DNA from: Candidatus Poribacteria bacterium
Lineage (GTDB): Bacteria; Poribacteria; WGA-4E; WGA-3G
Direction: 5' to 3'
DNA: 64,000 nucleotides
Assembly (NCBI GenBank): GCA_965197475.1
Contig: CBDANF010000003.1
Span: 1,792,001-1,856,000 of the forward strand
A program made the translations under genes and the position numbers. Positions 1-11,322 of this stretch are shown piece by piece. The notes under the pieces are model-generated. The model searched no databases and was not told the DNA's origin. It saw only the letters and a list, made by a program, of their open reading frames with translations. How positions within the stretch are numbered: the stretch's first letter is position 1; every line of letters starts with the position of its first letter.

Positions 1-861
1 GGACTTCAATCAGCTCTTCTCACCGCAGTTGGCGATGACCCGGTCGGAGAATTCCTGCTCAAGTTTTTGAATGATGAGGACGTTGAAACTCAATTCATTG
101 TCAACAAACCGGGACACCGTACAAGTGCTGTTGTTCTTGGAATTGAACCGCCTGATCGATTTCCACTAATCTATTATCGGGATAACTGCGCGGATATTGA
201 ACTCACGATTGATGATGTTATTGCTTCGCCTATTGCCAAAAGCCGCGCCGTGCTGATATCCGGAACAGGTCTCAGTAAAGAACCGAGTCGGAGTGCTACG
301 CTCTATGCTGTGGAACAAGCAAAAGCGATGGAACGTCAGGTGTTTCTGGATTTGGATTTTCGCGTAGACCAATGGCATGACCCGCGCGCTTTCGGTGTGA
401 GTATTCGATCCACCTTACGTAATGTTGACATTGCTATCGGAACTGAGGAGGAGATTAAGGCAGCATCACTCACCGATATCTCCCACATGTCAATAGAACA
501 TTCCCAAATTTCAAATCCGAATATTGAAGGAGATATGAACGCTGCCATTGAAACCATTCTAAATGCAGGGCCTGAGGCTTTAGTCGTGAAGCGTGGTAGT
601 GACGGCGCAGACATCTATTTAAAACATGGGGATATTATTCATTCGCCACCCTTTCCGGTTGAAATCTATAATACGCTCGGAGCAGGTGATGCGTTTGCAA
701 GTGGTTTTATCTATGGTATCTTAAACCGATGGGATTGGCGAAAATCGGCTCGGCTTGGTAATGCCACCGGAGCCATTGTCGTCACCCGGCACGGGTGCGC
801 AAACTTTATGCCCACGATGGCAGAAGTCAACGCCTTTGTCGCACAAAGAGGCGAACTATAA
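1..861 (+). CDS. iolC: 5-dehydro-2-deoxygluconokinase (PfkB family), 5' truncated by window edge
   Basis: PfkB motifs (YYRDNCAD, DLDFR, NTLGAGDAF); lies directly upstream of iolD; reading frame is open upstream of the predicted TTG. Confidence 0.88.
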   Translation, partial: GLQSALLTAVGDDPVGEFLLKFLNDEDVETQFIVNKPGHRTSAVVLGIEPPDRFPLIYYRDNCADIELTIDDVIASPIAKSRAVLISGTGLSKEPSRSATLYAVEQAKAMERQVFLDLDFRVDQWHDPRAFGVSIRSTLRNVDIAIGTEEEIKAASLTDISHMSIEHSQISNPNIEGDMNAAIETILNAGPEALVVKRGSDGADIYLKHGDIIHSPPFPVEIYNTLGAGDAFASGFIYGILNRWDWRKSARLGNATGAIVVTRHGCANFMPTMAEVNAFVAQRGEL

Positions 862-876
862 CCTATTTTCCGGACG

Positions 877-903
877 GTAGGTGCGGTTTCTGACAGCACC
901 TAT
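877..903. repeat. GTAG-initiated REP-like hairpin
   Basis: gtaggtgc...gcacctat inverted repeat; related GTAGG starts at 3382, 29623, 50641, 60765. Confidence 0.5.
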
Positions 904-941
904 GGATTGGAATCAAGTTAATTTGGTTAGAGGATTTTAAA

Positions 942-2700
942 ATGAAAACACGAAAACTAACAATGGGACAAGCCACAGTACAATTTCTCACGCAACAGTA
1001 CGTTGAACGTGATGGAATTGAGAGAGCCTTTTTCGCAGGCATGTTCGGTATTTTCGGTCATGGTAATGTAGCAGGGATCGGTCAAGCACTGCACCAATAC
1101 TCGGATGAGTTCCGTTTTTATCAAACCCGTAATGAACAATCTATGGTGCATACTGCTGCCGCTTATGCCAAGATGTCAAACAGGCTTAGCACTTTTGCTT
1201 GTACATCTTCTATCGGCCCTGGTGCAACAAACATGCTCACAGGTGCTGCTGGGGCAACGATTAACCGATTACCTGTTCTGCTATTACCTGGAGATATTTT
1301 CTCAACGCGTTTAGTCGCACCTGTTTTACAGCAACTGGAATCTCCAGATTCACAAGACTTTTCTGTCAACGATTGTTTCAAGCCGATTTCTCGTTACTGG
1401 GACCGTATCAATCGTCCTGAGCAGATCATCACCGCACTGCCAGAGGCAATGCGCGTGCTCACCTCACAAGCTGAGACAGGAACCGTGACGTTAGCCTTGC
1501 CCCAAGATGTCCAAGCGGAAGCATTTCCCTATCCTGAACAACTCTTTGAAAAACGGGTCTATACCATTCCAAGACCCCGTGCAGATGTGAACCTGCTAAA
1601 CCGTGCTGTCCAATGGATTTCAAATAGCGAAAAACCATTGATCATTGCTGGCGGCGGTGTCATCTATAGCGAGGCAACTGAGCAGTTAGCAAGATTTGCA
1701 GAGAAAACCGGCATCCCTGTCGGTGAAACATTTGCTGGCAAAGGTTCGCTACGGTACAACCAGCCTCAAAACCTTGGCGCAATTGGTGCGACCGGCACCC
1801 CCGGCGCAAATATCGCTGCGCGTGAAGCAGACTTAGTCATAGCTATCGGAACACGGTTGAGCGATTTCACGACTGCTTCTAAAACTGCCTTTCAAAATCC
1901 GAATGTTCGGTTTATCACTGTTAATATTGCAGAGTTTGACGCTGCGAAACACGCAGCATTACCGTTAGTTGCAGACGCTCGTGTCACGCTGTCTGAGTTA
2001 TCAGATGCTGTTGGCACCTATCGAATTAATACTGATTACGCAACACAGATTGAAAATTACCGAGATGCGTGGGAAGAAGAAGTGGAAAGGCTCTTCCATC
2101 TTGACCATCACCCACTCCCAAGTCAGAGTGAAGTTATCGGAGTTGTTAATGAATTTTCGTGTCCTGAAGATGTCGTTGTCTGTGCTGCGGGAAGTCTCCC
2201 GGGCGATCTTCACAAACTGTGGCGCACGCGCTGGAATACGGCTACTCCTGTATGGGATATGAAATTGCTGGAGGATTAGGCATAAAAATGGCTGATCCTA
2301 CGCGCGATGTCTATGTCCTTGTCGGAGACGGTTCATATCTCATGTTAGCACAAGAAATCATCACCTCAATTCAGGAAAACTATAAATTGATTATTGTGCT
2401 TATCAATAACGATGGGCACAGCAGTATCGGTGGGTTGTCGCAGGCAACAGGGGCACAAGGTTTTGCAACCCGATTCCGATACCGTGATGACAACACGGGA
2501 GAACTGAAGGGGATATTTTACCCGTTGACCTTGCAGCGAAAAAGTCTCGGTGCTAACGTCATTGAAGCAACAACTACGCAAAGTTTAAAGGCCGCATACA
2601 AGAAGCTCGGGAAGCTGACCGAACAACCGTCGTCAAGATTGATGTCCATTATGACGTGAGAGTTCCACAGTACGAATCGTGGTGGGATGTTCCGGTTGCA
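942..2700 (+). CDS. iolD: THcHDO hydrolase IolD (ThDP enzyme), frameshifted near 2230 and about 2515-2600
   Basis: GIFGHGNVAG, RNEQSMVH, EYGYSCMGYEIAG, GDGSYLM; split over ORFs 942-2279 and 2219-2659; the extreme C-terminus appears displaced to about 3220-3330. Confidence 0.9.
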
Positions 2701-3335
2701 GGTTCATATCTCATGTTAGCACAAGAAATCATCATTGCGCCTCTTCAATTCAGGAAAACTATGAAAATTGATTATTGTGCTTATCAATAACGATGGGCAC
2801 AGCAGTATTGGTGGATTGTACACCACGCGGACCCGATGTCAAATTTACCCGTGGGGCAACACCTTCGTCCCCTGGTAGGCACAAGGTTTTGCTACCCGAT
2901 TCCGATATCGTGACCACGACACTGGAGAACTACAAGGGGATACTTTTACCCGTTGACCTTGCAGCGAATGCAAAGAGCCTGGACGGAACATCGTCGAGTT
3001 GAAGGGCTTAGAGCATGCAAAAAACCTCGGTTATTTGAATTTAGGTGGTAACCAAATTTCAGACCTACGCCCGCTGGCGGGACTCACGCAATTAGAAGCA
3101 TGCTTTAAAGGTAGCATTGCAAGAAGCCCGTGACAATGATCGAACAACCGTCGTCAAAATTGATGTCCATTATGACGTGAGAGTTCCACAGTCAGAACGA
3201 ATCGTGGTGGGATGTTCCTGTTGCGGAAGTGAAGGTTTAAAAACCTTTTCAGAGGTAGATACTGCATTGTTGGGAAACAGGCATATCAAGACTATAAAGA
3301 AGCGAAACAGAAAGAGCGGTATTTCCTCGGGTAGG
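2701..3335 (+). pseudogene. Scrambled second copy of the iolD 3' end interleaved with foreign fragments (including an LRR-like piece at about 3000-3100)
   Basis: ggttcatatctcatgttagcacaagaaatcatc and gatgtccattatgacgtgagagttccacagt recur from 2330-2670 with indels. Confidence 0.6.
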
Positions 3336-3524
3336 TTCACTTTGTAACCATAGGTATTAATTTAACGCTACTCCAACCCCGGTAGGTGCGGCCCTTATTC
3401 CCGTACACACAAATCATGCAGAATACCATACGCGTATTCTGCCACGCGCATTTGGCGTTGATTCACCGCACCATAGGTGTCAATTTAAGAAAATGAATCT
3501 GTTTTGTGGATATGTCAAGCATAG

Positions 3525-3672
3525 CGATTTAGATGGTGAGATGTATCTGAAAACTGGGGTAACTGCGGATGTAAATGGCGACGGCGTTGTTAACATACAA
3601 GATTTGGTGATTGTTGCGAATGCGTTTGGCGAAGCGGAACCTGATCTGAATGGTGATGGTGTTGTTAATATC
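3525..3672 (+). pseudogene. Dockerin-type/EF-hand-like C-terminal fragment
   Basis: DVNGDGVVNIQDLVIVANAFGEAEPDLNGDGVVNI; near-copy at about 4925-5070. Confidence 0.6.
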
Positions 3673-4059
3673 CCCACCGACATCAAGCCCCAGCGGGGCT
3701 GAGGAATGGATGCCGGATCCTGGGCTGTGTGAGTGAGCAACTATTGAAAATTTCACCCAAGATGACATGCTGCATTTACACAATTATGTATTATAATAAT
3801 TATGCCAAAAACTTGGTTTTTTGAATTTTAACTATTTCGGACATCGTCAGGACTTACGCATTTAATACTTAGGACTTGGGGGCAACCAAATTACGGATGC
3901 CGGATTGGTCAACATTATAAAGCATCAGAACTTTTGAACAAATATTACTTAAAGCTTGAAAAAGTTTTCTTTCCACAATTCCGATCTCGAAGTTGATGCA
4001 ATTTGGATACGATGAAACTTGCGATTTAGAGGGTGTACCTATTCCTGACGGGTTGAGAG

Positions 4060-5070
4060 TCGTGAGTATCCCTCGGTATTCTCAGCATTTGGGAATATTA
4101 TCAACTTAAGCCTATCTTGGAAGGAACGCTTAGCATATCATGATTTATGAATAGCCAGTTGCTTGACCTGAAGTGGCTGCCAACCCCTGAAGGTTTGAGA
4201 ACCTTTCTGCATGTTGAATCTGCGAAGGAAGATTGGGAGGACATGCTCTCTCTGAACCCAAACATGATTTTCATTGTTCCGATGAACTATTCGGGAGCAA
4301 ACCCCGGTGAGTATCCAGACGATTGGCCTTATTGGTTAAGAGATGAAACAGGGAACATAATTAAACACGATACGAACCCTCAAATTGCGACATCACCTGT
4401 GTTCAGTGCCAAGTAGACGATCCTGATATTAAGATTACACCACGCGGTCCAGATGTCAAATTTGTCCGGGGGATTAGATTAACTTAAACAAGAGCCCAAA
4501 TCAATTGCCTGAACCGCTTGACAGTCCAAAGAACCAACAGAGAATGAGATTGTTTACCACAATGAGTCTCACACTTTCTGATGGCTACGTCATGTATGTC
4601 CCTGGACTTGGTCCCAACCACCAAATGCTTACGAGATTTGGGAGGGACATTCAGAGGAACACGCACGAGGTGTAGTTCATTCTCATGCACAACACTATTG
4701 GTATGATTTCTATGATGCCGATCTCGGTCGCCCTATCGGAGGCGATGAAACCAAAGGCGTTCTCTACAAAACCCCTAAAGGCGTGTCCATTGAGGGACTA
4801 TTTATCCGCGAGTTCACCAACGGCTGGGCGGTCTACAACCGCAGCGGTAAGGCACAAGAGATTAGCCTTCCGATACAAACTGCCGGCGTCGCAAGCGGTA
4901 TCACAAGTTTCAAGCACAAATCCCCGATTTAGATGGTGAGATGTATCTGAAAACTGAGGTAACTGCAGATGTCAACGGCGATGGCGTTGTTAACATACCA
5001 TTGTTGCGAATGCTTTGGGCGAATCGGAACTAATATCCAGGACTTGGTTATTGTTGCGAATGCGTTTTGA
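4060..5070 (+). pseudogene. Fragmented putative glycoside-hydrolase-like protein with C-terminal dockerin
   Basis: Fragments YPDDWPYWLRDETG, WYDFYDADLGRPIG and LFIREFTNGWAVYNRSG, then DVNGDGVVNI; multiple breaks. Confidence 0.5.
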
Positions 5071-5135
5071 GTGTAAATTTGTACATAATCTCTATCTACA
5101 GTGCGATTAGTTTCAAGGTTATTTCGCATCTCCGT

Positions 5136-5868
5136 ATGTCGGAACAAATTGTTGGTAGAAATCCGGTCATGGAAGCACTCCGTAGTGGACATCAGATAGA
5201 AAAAATCTTAATTGTTCAAGGCATGAACATTCTCGTCTCCGACAAATAATTGATGCAGCTGAGCGCAAAGGTATTCCTATCAACGTTGTCCAAGACACCA
5301 TCTGGATAGCCTGCAGCCGAATCATCAAGGTGTCATCGCCTACATCAGTAAGTTTCAGTATACAGATTTACCACTCTTACTGAAAAAAATTGAGAACAAA
5401 AAGGATGTTCCTGCTGTCTTAATCATGTTAGATCAGATACATGATCCGAGAAATTTAGGCGCGATTCTAAGGACTGCAAACGCAACGAACACAGATGGCG
5501 TGCTGATACCCAAAAACAACTCGGTTGATATTACCGCTGTTGTCCATAAAGCGTCAGCAGGGAGTACTGAATATACCCCGATTACCAAGGTGACAAACCT
5601 CTCCCAGACCATTGAAAAACTTAAAGCTGTAGGGGTGTGGGTTGTTGGAACTGCTGAGGATGCGGAATTGTCTTATACTTCTGCTGATTTTACAGTGCCA
5701 ACATGCATCGTTTTGGGCAACGAAGGCGCGGGAATTCGGCGGCTTGTCAAGCAAAAATGTGATTATCTCGTGCATCTCCCGATGTTAGGTCAAATCCGTT
5801 CGCTGAACGTATCTGTCACTGCAGGAGTATTGTTATACGAAGTTCTTCGGCAACGTGGTGCTAAATAA
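5136..5868 (+). CDS. rlmB: 23S rRNA Gm2251 methyltransferase (SpoU), frameshifted at about 5225-5300
   Basis: GRNPVMEAL, NHQGV, DPRNLGAILR, GNEG, SLNVSV. Confidence 0.9.
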
Positions 5869-6610
5869 CACCTTCCTCTTTTAAACTATAAAAGATACCA
5901 TCGCCGATAATGATGTGGTCTAACACTTTGATGCCGACATAGTTTCCCGCTTCAATCAATTGCTTGGTAGCACGGATGTCCTCTTGACTCGGCTGCGGGT
6001 CTCCTGAAGGGTGGTTATGGGCGAGAACAATGGAGTTTGCAGATTCTTCAATAGCAAATCGGAAAATCTCTCGCGGATGAAAAACACTGGCGTTTAAAGT
6101 GCCTTCAAACACTGTACTCTCAGAAAGAAGTTTTTTGCCCCAATGGATCTCGTTATCAGCATCACCCGCAATGCCCTGCGTTGTGATCCCGCCTTTCGTG
6201 TCAAGACACATCACACAAACCACTTCCTTTCGAAGGTCGCGCATGAGCGGCATCAATAGATCGGCAACATCACTTGGGGAGGAAATCTTAACCCGGTCAG
6301 CATGTGAACGGGCTAAGCGGCGTCCTAATTCAAATGCGGCGACCAGTTGTGCAGCCTTCGCAGCACCAACACCTTTAATTGACTCAAATTGCTTAGGACG
6401 GTTTTCCGCCATCCGTTTTAGATCGTTATCATACGCAGTCAGTATCTGTTCACCGAGTTGGACAGCAGTAGTGCCTTTGAAGCCGCTTTTGAGAATAAGC
6501 GCGAGTAATTCTGAGGTTTTCAGATGCGAGGGACCGTGTTTGTAAAGCCGTTCTCTTGGGCGTTCATCTTTCGGAAGGTCCTTGATTCTTAGTCTGTCGA
6601 TGTCGTACAT
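5861..6610 (-). CDS. radC: RadC/JAB domain protein
   Basis: ERPRERL, HPREIF, AHNHPSGDPQPSQED, VLDHIIIG; ATG at 6610 has an AAGGA RBS. Confidence 0.92.
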   Translation of the reverse strand: MYDIDRLRIKDLPKDERPRERLYKHGPSHLKTSELLALILKSGFKGTTAVQLGEQILTAYDNDLKRMAENRPKQFESIKGVGAAKAAQLVAAFELGRRLARSHADRVKISSPSDVADLLMPLMRDLRKEVVCVMCLDTKGGITTQGIAGDADNEIHWGKKLLSESTVFEGTLNASVFHPREIFRFAIEESANSIVLAHNHPSGDPQPSQEDIRATKQLIEAGNYVGIKVLDHIIIGDGIFYSLKEEGVI

Positions 6611-6811
6611 ATCAGTCCTTTCAATCAATTATGAGAATTGTATCTGGGTTAAAGTATAGTCAATTTTGGTAATAAAGGCAAGTGAAATTTGTCATAGTCT
6701 TGATCGGTATTGAGTTAAACACGATATATTTAGAGATATATCGTAGATTTTATCTAAACCACAACACATCACCGATTTTTAACAAACTTGTTTCTATCAG
6801 TTTTAATTTTC

Positions 6812-6840
6812 TTGACAAACGATCTAAAATTATATATAAT
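6812..6840 (+). promoter_or_regulatory. Sigma70-type promoter
   Basis: TTGACA-17 bp-TATAAT, perfect consensus upstream of the STAS operon. Confidence 0.8.
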
Positions 6841-6899
6841 AGAAACAGAATTAGTGAAGATGCCGTATAACTTAAAAACAGATAAAAGGGAGAAAAAGC

Positions 6900-7247
6900 A
6901 TGGCAACCACAGTTCGCTACAAAGATGGTGTGACAATTTTGGAACCGTCAGGAAAAATTATGGGCATTGGGGTATCCGAACTGAGAGAAGTTATTACAGC
7001 TGAGGTAGATGCCTCCGATACACCAAGAATTCTGATTGACTTTGAAAAAGTCAACATGATGGACAGTTCTGGTCTTGGAACGCTCATGGGAGCCCATGTC
7101 ACAATTACCCGGCAGGGCGGCAGAGTTGGTGTTATCAATGTTGGAAAGAATATCAAAAACCTGATTGTGCGCAGTCGGCTTGCGAGTATCTTTGAACATT
7201 TTACCACCGAAGATGAAGCTGTCTCGACGTTAAGCAGCGAAACCTAA
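6900..7247 (+). CDS. STAS anti-sigma factor antagonist
   Basis: MMDSSGLGTL phosphorylation motif; 115 aa. Confidence 0.9.
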   Translation: MATTVRYKDGVTILEPSGKIMGIGVSELREVITAEVDASDTPRILIDFEKVNMMDSSGLGTLMGAHVTITRQGGRVGVINVGKNIKNLIVRSRLASIFEHFTTEDEAVSTLSSET

Positions 7248-7287
7248 TACACATTTTCGTTATCGCAGTAACTTGGAGGCTGCACCA

Positions 7288-7654
7288 ATGGCGGTCATTC
7301 AATCAGAACGAGACGGTGTATTCATTTTCAAACTTGATGGTAGGATTATAGCACCTGATATCCAAGAGTTAACAGATATCGTTCAAAAAACCCTATCACA
7401 GATAAATGACGCACCGAAACTTGTCTTTGACTTTCAAAGACGTTACCAGTATGGATAGTTCAGGGCTTGGTGTGCTGATGAAAATCTATGCCGATATACA
7501 CCCACGCGGCGGAACAATTGCTGTGATTAATGTCAACAAACATGTCAAAAACCTTATTGTCATGGCGAGACTTATCACGGTTTTTCGGAACTTTGAGAAT
7601 GAAGACGAAGCGGTTTGGACACTATTAAATCCTCCATCCAAACCGCCGCATTAA
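7288..7654 (+). CDS. STAS anti-sigma factor antagonist, +1 frameshift at about 7433
   Basis: ORFs 7273-7458 and 7406-7654 join if one T is removed from a T run; MDSSGLGVL. Confidence 0.85.
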
Positions 7655-7672
7655 TTTTGTAAGGGAAGATCC

Positions 7673-8434
7673 ATGATAAAAAATATCCTCGTTTCTATAG
7701 GCGATGCCGATTACGAAAGAAATGCCTTTGATTACGCAGGACAACTTGCTGTTCCTTTAGGAACACACCTCTCATGTGTCTTTTTTCAGGACAGTGCTCA
7801 CGGTGGCAGCACAGAAGTCGCTGAGGCAGTTTTGCACCGAACTGAAAAGGAATGTGCGCATTACGATTTTTTGGATTACCATATTGAAGCAGTCGCAGGA
7901 AACCCGCGGCAGATGATCTGTCAAAAAGCACATTCCGCTGATTTAGTCGTAGTAGGGCTCCCGGAAGAAATTAAAACACGTGGGTTAACACTCATTCAAA
8001 ACCAAATTGACGATGTCCTCACACATATTACTAAACCGATTATCATTGTGCATGAGCAGTGCACCTTATTACGTAAAATTTTAGCTGTTCATCATGGGGA
8101 TATTTATTCTGACCATGTCCTTTCCCTTGCTGCAGAAATTAGTGAATTGACTAAATCAAGCATCCTCGGCCTCGCGCTTTCTAATACCACACAAGAAGCA
8201 ACAGAGATAAAGCAACAGATGGGATCCTACTTACAATTCTACGATGTCCCTGCTGAATTTCTAACCGCCCTTGGATTCACAGTGACGAATATCTTGGAAA
8301 ACGCTGAAGCAAACGATTGCGATCTGATCGCCCTCAGTGCAAGCCATCACGGACGATTGTATGAGATGGTTTTCCAAAGTACCACACAAACAGTCGTTAA
8401 ACTTGCCAATCGTGCCGTTTTGGTAACCAAATAA
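7673..8434 (+). CDS. Universal stress protein (two USP domains)
   Basis: MIKNILV start, ADLVVVG, CDLIAL...STTQTVVK..RAVLV. Confidence 0.85.
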   Translation: MIKNILVSIGDADYERNAFDYAGQLAVPLGTHLSCVFFQDSAHGGSTEVAEAVLHRTEKECAHYDFLDYHIEAVAGNPRQMICQKAHSADLVVVGLPEEIKTRGLTLIQNQIDDVLTHITKPIIIVHEQCTLLRKILAVHHGDIYSDHVLSLAAEISELTKSSILGLALSNTTQEATEIKQQMGSYLQFYDVPAEFLTALGFTVTNILENAEANDCDLIALSASHHGRLYEMVFQSTTQTVVKLANRAVLVTK

Positions 8435-8453
8435 AAATAATGGGGGAACCCAC

Positions 8454-10733
8454 ATGGCACCTGCATCTGAAACTTTTGAAAACCTTCCTTTTTTTCAGAT
8501 GTCATCGGATATGCTCGGGTATATCTATCTTGACGGAAAACTTCTTCCACTCAACCCTGCTTGGGAACAAATTCTCGGCTTCACCCGTGCAGAACTCCAA
8601 ACACGACACTGGATAGAACTTGTCCACCCTGAAGACCGACAACCCACGGTCGAAGAAATCTCAAAACTGAAAACAGACTGCAATACCGTCTCTTTTGAGA
8701 ATCGCTTTCAGTGTAGTGATGGTGAGTACAAGAGGCTCCGCTGGACAGTACAGCCAGATACGGAAGACTCTCGCTATTGTGCTATCGCTCGGGATATTAC
8801 GAGACAAAAGAGGATTGAGGCAAAACTCCGCGAAAATGAAAAGCGGTTTAAGCAATTGGCACAAACCCATTCACAGGAAAGTGATTTCTTCCACACCCTT
8901 ATGGATAATAACCCCGACCATATATATTTTAAGGATATTGAGAGTAAATTTATCCGCATTAACCGCTCCCTCGCAAACCGATTCGGTCTGAAAAATCCTA
9001 TAGAAGCGATCGGAAAAAGCGACTTTGATTTTTTCACACGCGAGCATGCACAGCAAGCATATCAAGATGAACGAATCGTGATTGACACCGGTAAGCCACT
9101 TGAGGGAAAACAAGAAAAAGAAACCTGGCCGGATGGACAAGATACCTGGGTATCCACCACAAAAGTGCCAATTCGAGATAGAAGTGGAAGGATCAAAGGC
9201 ACATGCGGTATTTCTCGGGACATAACAGAGTATCATCGTGCGGATCAAGCACTCCGAGATTCTGAGGCAAAATGGCGGTCATTGGTTGAAAGTGCTCCTG
9301 ATATTATTTCAACGATGGACCTTAACTACCAGTTGCAGTTTATCAACCGTATTCCCGCAGGTGTTGACATCACAGAGGACGATCTCATAGGAGAAAGCGT
9401 TTTTGATTTTCTGACTTCGGAGCATCATGACGGATTTCGTCGAGCCTGTCAACAAGTTATTGAAACAGGTGAAGTCGCAGATTATGAAGTTCAAGGGAAA
9501 CTCAGTCGAAATTGGTATGCATCCTGGATCGCTCCTATCACACGCGATGGCGAAATAGTTGGATTTGTGATGACTTCAACGAATATCACCGCCAGGAAGC
9601 AAGCAGAAATCGAATTGCAGGAGAGTGAGGAACGTTTTCGACGGGCAGTCCTTAATGCTCCCCTACCGATTATGATTCATGTAGAAAATGGAGAGGTTAT
9701 CCTCATCAGTCGCGCCTGGACAGAACTTACAGGCTATACTTTTGAAGATATGACCACAGTTTCCAAATGGTTGGAACAAGCAAACAGTGAAATGAGCGAG
9801 GAAATTCAAGAATTCCTTGGACAAGCAAATCAGACAAAGAAACGGGTTGCGCCAGCACAATACGAAATTATGACGAAGGCAGGTAAAAAGCAGATATGGG
9901 AATTTAGTTCATCCCTACTCGGAATTCAGCCAGATGGAAAACGTAGCATCATTAGCATGGCACTTGACAATACGGATCGAATAAAAGCACAACAAGCCAT
10001 GCAAAGCGCAAAGGAAACAGCTGAATATGCAAGTAGAGCAAAAAGCGATTTTCTTGCCAATATGAGTCATGAATTGCGAACACCTTTGAACGCAATTATT
10101 GGATTCTCCGAAATTCTCAGAGACGAACTCGTCGGTCCAATTAATGATGAACAGAGGGAATGCGTCAGCGATATCCGCATGAGTGGGCAGCATCTACTCG
10201 CAATGATTAACGATATCTTGGACCTTTCAAAGATTGAAGCTGGCAAAATGTTCTTACAACTTGAGAAATTTGCTATCGTGGATGCCGTTGAGGAAGTAAA
10301 CGCAATCATCAAAGCATTAGCTCTCAAAAAGGATGTCGAACTTGCACTGACGTGCCAGCAAAACGCCACGATTGAAGCTGATCGCGTCAAAATGAAGCAG
10401 ATCTTTTACAATTTGCTTTCAAATGCTGTCAAGTTTACGCCAGAAGGCGGTAAAGTAACAACACAACTAAAAGTTACACCTACCGACTTACAAGTCAAAG
10501 TTATAGATACAGGAATAGGAATTGCTGAAGAAGATCAAATGAAACTTTTCGCGCCTTTTACACAAATTGACACTTCCAAATCGAGACGTTATGGAGGCAC
10601 CGGGCTTGGTCTTGCGCTGACCCAACGCTTAATTGAGTTACATGGGGGCGAAATCCGCGTTACAAGCGAAGAGGGAAAGGGAAGTACATTCTCCTTTAAT
10701 ATTCCTAAAAACCAGCCCGATAAAAGTGAATAG
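8454..10733 (+). CDS. Cytoplasmic multi-PAS sensor histidine kinase
   Basis: About 4 PAS/PAC repeats, H-box FLANMSHELRTPL, NLLSNAVKFT, DTGIGI, GTGLGL; no obvious TM segment. Confidence 0.93.
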   Translation: MAPASETFENLPFFQMSSDMLGYIYLDGKLLPLNPAWEQILGFTRAELQTRHWIELVHPEDRQPTVEEISKLKTDCNTVSFENRFQCSDGEYKRLRWTVQPDTEDSRYCAIARDITRQKRIEAKLRENEKRFKQLAQTHSQESDFFHTLMDNNPDHIYFKDIESKFIRINRSLANRFGLKNPIEAIGKSDFDFFTREHAQQAYQDERIVIDTGKPLEGKQEKETWPDGQDTWVSTTKVPIRDRSGRIKGTCGISRDITEYHRADQALRDSEAKWRSLVESAPDIISTMDLNYQLQFINRIPAGVDITEDDLIGESVFDFLTSEHHDGFRRACQQVIETGEVADYEVQGKLSRNWYASWIAPITRDGEIVGFVMTSTNITARKQAEIELQESEERFRRAVLNAPLPIMIHVENGEVILISRAWTELTGYTFEDMTTVSKWLEQANSEMSEEIQEFLGQANQTKKRVAPAQYEIMTKAGKKQIWEFSSSLLGIQPDGKRSIISMALDNTDRIKAQQAMQSAKETAEYASRAKSDFLANMSHELRTPLNAIIGFSEILRDELVGPINDEQRECVSDIRMSGQHLLAMINDILDLSKIEAGKMFLQLEKFAIVDAVEEVNAIIKALALKKDVELALTCQQNATIEADRVKMKQIFYNLLSNAVKFTPEGGKVTTQLKVTPTDLQVKVIDTGIGIAEEDQMKLFAPFTQIDTSKSRRYGGTGLGLALTQRLIELHGGEIRVTSEEGKGSTFSFNIPKNQPDKSE

Positions 10734-10934
10734 TTTTAGTATGCAGCGGCTCAGGAAACCAACAAAGAAAATCATAATCCAAAACACCTGTCCCCGCCAG
10801 TGTTCCTCTTATTGCATAAAACCTATAATCACTAATTATGGTAATTATTCTGATCAATATCTAACGAAGTTTGACACCTTCGTAAAATTCGCAACACAAT
10901 TTCTGCCGTATCGCCTGAGCATAGGAGCCATGGA

Positions 10935-11318
10935 TTGATTACTGAGAATCCGAAATCAATCTTAGTCATAGAAGACCAAGCGTTGAACCGAAAAGTTGTC
11001 CGCATTGTCCTTCAATCCGAAGGTTATGAGGTCATTAAAGCGATCAACGCAGACGAGGCACTAACGTGTTTAGAAGAGACTACCCCTGCCCTTATCTTAA
11101 TGGACATCGCACTGCCAGGACAGAGCGGTGAAGAATTAACCCGACAGATTAAAGCCAATCCGGAATGGTGTAACATACCGATTATTGCATTAACCGCCGC
11201 AGCAATGTCTGGTGACCGGGAACGGCTTCTCAAAGCAGGATGCGACGACTACCTCAGCAAGCCAATTGATACCCAAGTACTTTTAGAACGCGTTGCACAC
11301 CATCTTAAAGGAATATAA
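10935..11318 (+). CDS. Single-domain response regulator (DivK-like)
   Basis: ILVIED, LILMDIALP, ALTA, YLSKP. Confidence 0.9.
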   Translation: MITENPKSILVIEDQALNRKVVRIVLQSEGYEVIKAINADEALTCLEETTPALILMDIALPGQSGEELTRQIKANPEWCNIPIIALTAAAMSGDRERLLKAGCDDYLSKPIDTQVLLERVAHHLKGI

Positions 11319-11322
11319 CGAC

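Noticed and set aside
2701-5070. Diversity-generating retroelement template/variable repeats
   Set aside because: No reverse transcriptase; differences are indels and chimeric joins rather than adenine-specific substitutions.
5136-7654. Programmed frameshifting or pseudogenes in rlmB and the second STAS gene
   Set aside because: Similar single-base indels occur in many unrelated genes, often in homopolymers; sequencing error is more parsimonious.
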